From IMG/VR virus record IMGVR_UViG_3300044631_002251: a DNA stretch of 20,000 nt; one strand, given 5' to 3'. This document shows, piece by piece, positions 14,941 to 20,000 of this stretch. The DNA is from an uncultured virus (IMG/VR IMGVR_UViG_3300044631_002251). Lineage: Duplodnaviria; Heunggongvirae; Uroviricota; Caudoviricetes. Every line of letters begins with the position of its first letter. The stretch's first letter is position 1. The translations under genes and the position numbers were made by a program. The notes under the pieces were generated by a model. That model saw nothing but the letters and a program-made list of their open reading frames with translations. It was not told the origin of the DNA and ran no database searches.

Positions 14941-14968
14941 TTGACTTTTTCTAAAACCCTGATAGGAT
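14941..14968 (+). promoter_or_regulatory. sigma70-type promoter with extended -10
   Basis: TTGACT-16-TAGGAT with TGn; ATG at 14978. Confidence 0.7.
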
Positions 14969-14977
14969 GTTTGCACG

Positions 14978-15037
14978 ATGAAAATTGAAGTGGATCACTC
15001 GGAAATTGTTTGGAATTCTTTTTCAAAAAACTATTGA
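14978..15037 (+). CDS. 19-aa mini-ORF or truncated gene remnant
   Basis: MKIEVDHSEIVWNSFSKNY at the same promoter-ATG spacing as 14450; stop lies in the next -35 box. Confidence 0.4.
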   Translation: MKIEVDHSEIVWNSFSKNY

Positions 15038-15061
15038 CAATACTATTATCGAGTATAAGAT
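15034..15061 (+). promoter_or_regulatory. sigma70-type promoter for tRNA-Arg/Asn
   Basis: TTGACA-16-TAAGAT. Confidence 0.7.
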
Positions 15062-15076
15062 AGTTGTAGATTTTAC

Positions 15077-15153
15077 GTTCCCGTAGCTCAGTTGGATAGA
15101 GCATCCGCCTTCTAAGCGGATGGTCGCAGGTTCAAATCCTGCCGGGAACGCCA
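15077..15153 (+). tRNA. tRNA-Arg(UCU)
   Basis: Canonical cloverleaf, TCCGC-CTTCTAA-GCGGA, A20, GCCA. Confidence 0.95.
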
Positions 15154-15162
15154 CTTTAAAAC

Positions 15163-15237
15163 TGCTAGGTAGAATAATGGTAATTCACAAAACTGTTAAT
15201 TTTGGCGATGTTCGTTCGAATCGAACCCTAGCAGCCA
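15163..15237 (+). tRNA. tRNA-Asn(GUU)
   Basis: TGCTAGG/CCTAGCA, CAAAA-CTGTTAA-TTTTG, GCCA. Confidence 0.93.
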
Positions 15238-15262
15238 TTTTTATCTATACTTGAATTTACCA

Positions 15263-15289
15263 GTGTATTAACTATAATAGTTAATACAT
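15263..15289 (+). promoter_or_regulatory. Hairpin covering the HNH translation start, with GTGTA motif in its 5' arm
   Basis: TGTATTAACTA-TAA-TAGTTAATACA perfect 11-bp inverted repeat ending on the A of ATG. Confidence 0.65.
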
Positions 15290-15764
15290 GGTATTATCTG
15301 ATATAGTAAAACTTAAAAGAATAAAAGCTGGTCTCAGAACCATTACTGATGCCGAAATAAAAGAAATACAAGCTTTTTATGATGAAGGCAATGGTTTAAC
15401 AGCTTGTCAACAAAAATATGGCTATTGTCGAGGTACGTTAATTAAATATTTAAAAACAAGACCTCAATCCAAATCATCTATTTCTGACGAACAAAAGAAA
15501 AAGAATAAAAGCAAAGCTGTTGTAGCTTGGAGAATTAGAGCGAAGCAAGCTTTAGTAGATTATAAAGGTGGTAAATGTATTGTTTGCGGATATAATAGAT
15601 ACATAGGAAATTTGACTTTTCATCATTTAGATCCAAATGAAAAAGAATTTCAAATTAGTGGTAAATCTATTTCTTTGCACAAGCTAAAAGTTGAAGCTGA
15701 TAAATGCGCTCTATTATGTCATTTATGTCATGGAGAGCTTCATGCAGGTCTGATTAAATTATAA
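15288..15764 (+). CDS. Free-standing HTH-HNH (Zn) homing endonuclease
   Basis: N-terminal HTH-like region, GGKCIVCGY...TFHH...CHLCHGELHAG; paralog of 11486-11950. Confidence 0.85.
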   Translation: MVLSDIVKLKRIKAGLRTITDAEIKEIQAFYDEGNGLTACQQKYGYCRGTLIKYLKTRPQSKSSISDEQKKKNKSKAVVAWRIRAKQALVDYKGGKCIVCGYNRYIGNLTFHHLDPNEKEFQISGKSISLHKLKVEADKCALLCHLCHGELHAGLIKL

Positions 15765-15769
15765 TTTTC

Positions 15770-15855
15770 GGGAGTATCGCATAGTGGTCAATTGCAGGAG
15801 ACTGTAAATCTCCCGGCTCACGCCTACGATAGTTCAAATCTATCTGCTCCCACCA
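15770..15855 (+). tRNA. tRNA-Tyr(GUA)
   Basis: GGGAGTA/TGCTCCC, GGAGA-CTGTAAA-TCTCC, long variable arm, ACCA. Confidence 0.93.
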
Positions 15856-15858
15856 TTT

Positions 15859-16773
15859 TCAATACATTTTAAATCCACTCAAGTCTACTTCATTAATTTT
15901 ATATCCACTACTTAATGAAGATATTGTATTATTTACTTCATTTATATAACTAGGAATATTTGTTGCCAAGCCAGCCATAGTTCCAAGTGTCATATACCAG
16001 CCGCCGATCAATACAACTTCATTATTAATAATAGTAGAAACAATATTGCCGCTGTCGCCGCCAATTAATGCTTCGAAATATTGCGCTCTGTTATTATCTT
16101 TTGAAATATTTATTAACGTATTATTTGATCCGTAAGTAGTATTAAGTAAACCATTTTCTCCGATTAAAGCTTTTCTTTCTTGATCAGAATATAATATTGG
16201 AAAATTAATTTTATTTGCGTCAAAGTATTTTAAATAATTAGCTGGCAATACATTATATATTTTTAATGAAGCATCGACTTCTCTATCAAGTTCACCAATT
16301 AAAATATCAGTGTTGGCAACACGCTTTGTTTTTATTACGTTATAAACAAGTGATACATCTTTATTGTTAATAAAGAAAATCATGAATGGTGAAGTTGAAT
16401 AAGGCACATGATTCGCCAACAAAACGTGCTTCTTAGTAATAAGTGTTCCGCCGCCAACTCCACCAAGAGGAACGACAGCAGCGGCATATCCAGTTAGATC
16501 AAGACTTTTTGCCCAACAGTTAGTATTTCTGGGCCAATTATAAGGATTAGCATAAGGTGTTAATATATTTTTTCCTTTCTTATCTTTAATTAAATTATCG
16601 AAGTTAGAAGAGATATGAGAAAATAGATCTAATTTATTTGTGGTTATAGATTTTGGTTTGGGCGCATCAGCATCATTTAGCCAAATAGCGTATTCAGCTT
16701 CTTTTCTAGCTTCTGCAATTATTTTTTGCATTAAAATTGCGTGATCTGCGACTAGCTGCTGTAAGGTTGTCAT
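15859..16773 (-). CDS. Trypsin-like serine protease
   Basis: GGTLITKKHVLLANH (His), TDILI (Asp), GGDSG (Ser); start moved to ATG 16773. Confidence 0.78.
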   Translation of the reverse strand: MTTLQQLVADHAILMQKIIAEARKEAEYAIWLNDADAPKPKSITTNKLDLFSHISSNFDNLIKDKKGKNILTPYANPYNWPRNTNCWAKSLDLTGYAAAVVPLGGVGGGTLITKKHVLLANHVPYSTSPFMIFFINNKDVSLVYNVIKTKRVANTDILIGELDREVDASLKIYNVLPANYLKYFDANKINFPILYSDQERKALIGENGLLNTTYGSNNTLINISKDNNRAQYFEALIGGDSGNIVSTIINNEVVLIGGWYMTLGTMAGLATNIPSYINEVNNTISSLSSGYKINEVDLSGFKMY

Positions 16774-16802
16774 ACATATTTTCTTACACCGAAAAATGCC
16801 GC

Positions 16803-16831
16803 TTGACAAGGGGAAATTTTTCTGCCATCAT
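16803..16831 (+). promoter_or_regulatory. Putative sigma70-type promoter
   Basis: TTGACA-17-CATCAT with TGn; ATG at 16844. Confidence 0.55.
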
Positions 16832-16843
16832 GTTCGCACGATT

Positions 16844-17218
16844 ATGAGTGATGCAAATTTTTTCGAATTAAAGGGCCAGATCGTTAAAGAAATAACTGGT
16901 TTAGAAAAAGACAGTCCAGAAGTACATATTGTAACCAATCAAACAACTTATAAATTATATCATCATCAAGATTGCTGCGAAAGCGTTTTCGTCGAAAATG
17001 TTATTGGAGACGAGAAAGATATTCTCAATGAAGAAATAATCTTTGCTGAAGAAGATGCTGGCGCAAATGATCCTGATTGGTATACTGAATACGATAGACT
17101 TTACAGCCACACTTGGACTAAATACGCTTTAAAAACTAAAAACGCCAGTTTAGAGTTTTGGTTTCTTGGCGAATCAAATGGTTATTATAGTGAAAGCGTT
17201 AGCATTAAAAAGATATGA
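16844..17218 (+). CDS. Conserved phage hypothetical protein
   Basis: YHHQDCCESV...TWT.Y...WFLGESNGYYSESV; start moved to MSDANFF. Confidence 0.8.
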   Translation: MSDANFFELKGQIVKEITGLEKDSPEVHIVTNQTTYKLYHHQDCCESVFVENVIGDEKDILNEEIIFAEEDAGANDPDWYTEYDRLYSHTWTKYALKTKNASLEFWFLGESNGYYSESVSIKKI

Positions 17219-17562
17219 AAATAGTAATCAATAAAAAACACGGCGGCTTTCATCTTAGCAAAGAAGCTGTTCTATTATATGGTGATAAGAAAGGTCTTAA
17301 CATCATAGCCGAAGAAGATAAAGTAATCAAAGGTCTTAATCATTACTTTCTAAATGAAGTAAAAGAAGAAAATGGATTTGCCGAGTGGGACATTGAAAGA
17401 AATGATCCGGTTCTCGTTGAAGTTGTCGAACAGCTTGGCGATTTGGCAAATAGTCGTTATGCTAAATTGAAGATTGTTGAAGTACCAGATGATGTTAAAT
17501 GGTATATTTACGATTATTATGGTGTTGAAGAAGTGCATGAAGAGCATAGAAAGTGGATTTAA
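17215..17562 (+). CDS. Conserved phage hypothetical protein (paralog of 7092-7385)
   Basis: KIVINKKHGGFHLS...RNDPVLVEVVEQLG...LKIVEVPDD...EEHRKW. Confidence 0.82.
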   Translation: MKIVINKKHGGFHLSKEAVLLYGDKKGLNIIAEEDKVIKGLNHYFLNEVKEENGFAEWDIERNDPVLVEVVEQLGDLANSRYAKLKIVEVPDDVKWYIYDYYGVEEVHEEHRKWI

Positions 17563-17564
17563 TT

Positions 17565-18122
17565 ATGAAAAAAATTAATAAATTAAACGAACAATTCAAA
17601 AAAGCAACCAAAGCTCAAAAAAGAGTAATGATTGCTCAAGATGTTCTTGCCCAACTCAAGGCTAAGAGATATGTTGCTGAGAGTGGATGTTGGGTGCAAC
17701 CAAATATTCATTCTGCTTGGGAAAAAAAATTATCGCATCACGATTCTGTCCAAGAACTATTTATTGAACAGAAGATTGAATCTTGCAATGTGTGCGCTCT
17801 TGGCGGATTGTTTATGAGTTGCACAAATTTTAATAATAATACTTTACTTGAAGACCTTGATTTTGCTTCATCAGAGTTGGGGGATTTGATTGAAGAAGTA
17901 AAACTGTCTAATAAACTCAATTCAATATTTAGCGTCAAGCAGCTAAAATTGATCGAAAGTTACTTTGAAGAAAACGATGGATATTTTTATATTAATAGTC
18001 AATACGACCGTATTAAAGCGTTTTGTGATAAACATCCATCTGATAAAAAACGTCTTCAATTAATCATGGAGAATATTGTAGAAAATGAAGGAACTTTTGT
18101 TCCTGAAAAGCTGAAGATATGA
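17565..18122 (+). CDS. Hypothetical protein
   Basis: Long ORF, CNVCALG motif; ATG at 17565. Confidence 0.78.
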   Translation: MKKINKLNEQFKKATKAQKRVMIAQDVLAQLKAKRYVAESGCWVQPNIHSAWEKKLSHHDSVQELFIEQKIESCNVCALGGLFMSCTNFNNNTLLEDLDFASSELGDLIEEVKLSNKLNSIFSVKQLKLIESYFEENDGYFYINSQYDRIKAFCDKHPSDKKRLQLIMENIVENEGTFVPEKLKI

Positions 18123-18280
18123 CTTGCTTAAAAGTCAAAAAAGAAGCAAAACTAGAAGAGTGCGCCGTTGCTTGGAGCGGCGACACTATTTCTGTTTGTG
18201 ATAAATGCCGCATGAGTATTTGGGATTTTGATTTTGATGAGTTTCATATTATGAATGATGGAGAGCCTTTTATTAATTAA
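18119..18280 (+). CDS. Small hypothetical protein (53 aa, not in ORF track)
   Basis: ATGA overlap; MTCLKVKKEAKLEECAVAW...CDKC...; fills the gap. Confidence 0.65.
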   Translation: MTCLKVKKEAKLEECAVAWSGDTISVCDKCRMSIWDFDFDEFHIMNDGEPFIN

Positions 18281-18282
18281 TT

Positions 18283-18528
18283 ATGAATAAAAACATTGAT
18301 GATGGAGGACCGGCATTTCCTAGAACTGGAGCCGATGGGCATACAAGTCCACAAAGCGGTATGAGCCTTCGTAATTATATTGCTATTCAAGCTATGCAAG
18401 GTGATTGGGCCTCTCAAAGTAAATCTACAGGAGAATGGAGCAACGAAACAAAAGAAGAGTATTTTGCAATTAGAGCGAGGGTCTATTTTCGTATGGCAGA
18501 TGCAATGATAAAAGTAAGTAAAGAATAA
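18283..18528 (+). CDS. Conserved phage hypothetical protein
   Basis: GGPAFP...GMSLRNY.A..AMQ...ADAM pattern. Confidence 0.8.
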   Translation: MNKNIDDGGPAFPRTGADGHTSPQSGMSLRNYIAIQAMQGDWASQSKSTGEWSNETKEEYFAIRARVYFRMADAMIKVSKE

Positions 18529-18529
18529 T

Positions 18530-18871
18530 ATGAAATACAGAAAAAAACCTGTAGTTATCGAAGCAACGCAATGGTTTAAGAATGGAGATCATCCAGAAGA
18601 TAATATTTTTAGACCATTTGAAGATACAGGAGTAATACCAAAAGAAGAGAGAGAAGGAAAGATTGTAAGATGTTTTAGGCGACCTTATTTCAGCGGAAAT
18701 CATCAATGCAATCATTGCGGCAATAAGATGCGCTGGCATGGTTGGATTGAGACTTTAGAAGGTGGGCATATTGTTTGCCCCGGCGATTATATTATCACTG
18801 GTATCAAAGGAGAACATTATCCTTGCAAACCAGATATCTTTCACGCCACTTATGAGAAAGTAGAAGAATAA
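18530..18871 (+). CDS. Conserved phage protein (KKPVVIEA...PGDYII...YPCKPDIF family) with CxxC insert
   Basis: YRKKPVVIEATQW, TLEGGHIVCPGDYIITG, YPCKPDIFHATYE. Confidence 0.82.
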   Translation: MKYRKKPVVIEATQWFKNGDHPEDNIFRPFEDTGVIPKEEREGKIVRCFRRPYFSGNHQCNHCGNKMRWHGWIETLEGGHIVCPGDYIITGIKGEHYPCKPDIFHATYEKVEE

Positions 18872-18872
18872 T

Positions 18873-19052
18873 ATGAAAAAAGGCGATAAATTTATTCACA
18901 CTGATATACTTGGCAAAAAATATGAAGTAACATACACTGGAACTCGACGCATAGTTAAAGATTGTGAGTTTGAATTTTTTGTAGATGATAAAGGCGGCGG
19001 CTGTTTCTTTACTGATACAGAAGTGAAGAAGATGGAGAAAATTTCTGATTGA
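18873..19052 (+). CDS. Small hypothetical protein (59 aa, not in ORF track)
   Basis: MKKGDKFIHTDILGKKYEVTYTG... Confidence 0.7.
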   Translation: MKKGDKFIHTDILGKKYEVTYTGTRRIVKDCEFEFFVDDKGGGCFFTDTEVKKMEKISD

Positions 19053-19077
19053 CTTTCTTTAAACTCCGTGGCAAAGT
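19049..19077 (+). promoter_or_regulatory. Putative sigma70-type promoter
   Basis: TTGACT-17-CAAAGT with TGn; ATG at 19089. Confidence 0.5.
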
Positions 19078-19088
19078 AAAAGAATAAT

Positions 19089-19208
19089 ATGACTGAATTT
19101 TATAAATTTGCAGGAGAACATCCTTTTTTAACATTTTTATTGGCGGTGATTATCGGAGAAACAATTATTATTACAATAAAATCAATTGCGAGCATTTTTA
19201 AAAAGTAA
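19089..19208 (+). CDS. Small single-pass membrane peptide (39 aa)
   Basis: MTEFYKFAGEHPFLTFLLAVIIGETIIITIKSIASIFKK. Confidence 0.65.
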   Translation: MTEFYKFAGEHPFLTFLLAVIIGETIIITIKSIASIFKK

Positions 19209-19223
19209 AAAAAAATAAATAAT

Positions 19224-19475
19224 ATGACTAAAACTATCGTACTCGGATCATCTTATCAAGACGATAATAAACCAATTGTGTTCAACGATTATCTTGATGC
19301 TACAGAATTTAGCTCTGCGTTTGTTCGCCTACCATCTCAATTCAATTACATTGAGCTTATTTGCAAGAATTATAATGGTTGTAGTAGGGATCTTATGTTT
19401 GCTTATAATGATCCAAGCAATCGTAACAATGGTACTCTGTTCTTCGGCTATTGGAATAGCGGAACGGTAAAGTAA
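19224..19475 (+). CDS. Hypothetical protein
   Basis: ORF in gene run. Confidence 0.7.
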   Translation: MTKTIVLGSSYQDDNKPIVFNDYLDATEFSSAFVRLPSQFNYIELICKNYNGCSRDLMFAYNDPSNRNNGTLFFGYWNSGTVK

Positions 19476-19486
19476 CTAACAACTAT

Positions 19487-19669
19487 ATGAAAATGACAGA
19501 CGAAAATAAATTAAAAATTGTAACCCTAAGCCACAACATTAAAGCTTTGTGCTATATACTTGACAAAAAAACATTCAGCGAACAGTGTGTCACTAGTGGT
19601 AATTTTATTGAGATTGATTATTTGTTTGATTTGGCCAAGAAATTGAAAGAAATGAACAAAGAAGAATAA
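19487..19669 (+). CDS. Hypothetical protein
   Basis: ORF in gene run. Confidence 0.6.
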   Translation: MKMTDENKLKIVTLSHNIKALCYILDKKTFSEQCVTSGNFIEIDYLFDLAKKLKEMNKEE

Positions 19670-19693
19670 AAATAATATAACCTTACAATTAAT

Positions 19694-19903
19694 ATGGACG
19701 TAGTAACACTCTCTAATCTTTATTCCCATGCTAGTGGAGCTTATAACAAAGTCAAAGACGCAGAAGACTTAATCATAATGATGAACGTATTGCATCTTAG
19801 ACTTGAGCATAATATGGCATATCATAAGATTGCAAAAAGGTGTGGTATTAAAGTGAATAAGGTGAAGTTGATACTATTTAATTATCAGAATGAAAAAGAA
19901 TAA
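19694..19903 (+). CDS. Small HTH-like protein
   Basis: LRLEHNMAYHKIAKRCGIKVNKVK resembles a helix-turn-helix. Confidence 0.6.
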   Translation: MDVVTLSNLYSHASGAYNKVKDAEDLIIMMNVLHLRLEHNMAYHKIAKRCGIKVNKVKLILFNYQNEKE

Positions 19904-20000
19904 ACAATCATTTAACTCTTTCATTAAGAACCTGCCTTCACTAAAAGAAGTAGATTCTCAAGAAAGATTACCAAGTTATTTTGACATGATGTGGGATATT
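19890..20000 (+). CDS. Hypothetical protein, partial (runs off window)
   Basis: MKKNKQSFNSFIKNLPSL... open to the window end. Confidence 0.55.
   Translation, partial: MKKNKQSFNSFIKNLPSLKEVDSQERLPSYFDMMWDI

Noticed and set aside
563..19729. Short antisense or out-of-frame ORFs (563, 1352, 6790, 8476, 9877, 10148, 14474, 17350, 17632, 17738, 18470, 19276, 19526)
   Set aside because: Shadows of better-supported + strand genes
1..20000. Alternative genetic code or suppressor tRNA
   Set aside because: Genes tile densely in code 11, all three stop codons terminate genes, and no CUA/UCA/UUA anticodon is seen

Overview
AT-rich segment of a large dsDNA bacteriophage genome (inferred from dense short + strand genes, few Shine-Dalgarno sites, repeated TTGAC(A/T) promoters and a tRNA cluster). 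Positions 1-11.4 kb hold a C5 DNA methyltransferase, an HNH-AP2 endonuclease, a prepilin-like protein, a glycosyltransferase-like protein, a metallophosphoesterase, ThyX, a cyclic-phosphate receiver protein, a Zn deaminase, an AT-hook protein and a RuvB-like ATPase. Positions 11.4-15.9 kb form an RNA island with 10 tRNA genes: Thr, fMet, Lys, Ile2-CAU, Ile-UAU, Glu, Leu, Arg, Asn and Tyr. tRNA-Lys(UUU) and tRNA-Leu(UAA) are each split after U33 by related ORF-less Azoarcus-like (IC3) group I introns. The island also has a ~600-nt highly structured, pseudoknotted noncoding region (GOLLD/ROOL-like candidate), small junction RNAs, boxA-like motifs and two paralogous free-standing HTH-HNH endonucleases. 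Positions 15.9-20 kb hold a reverse-strand trypsin-like protease and small hypothetical proteins. All calls are by eye; no searches were run.
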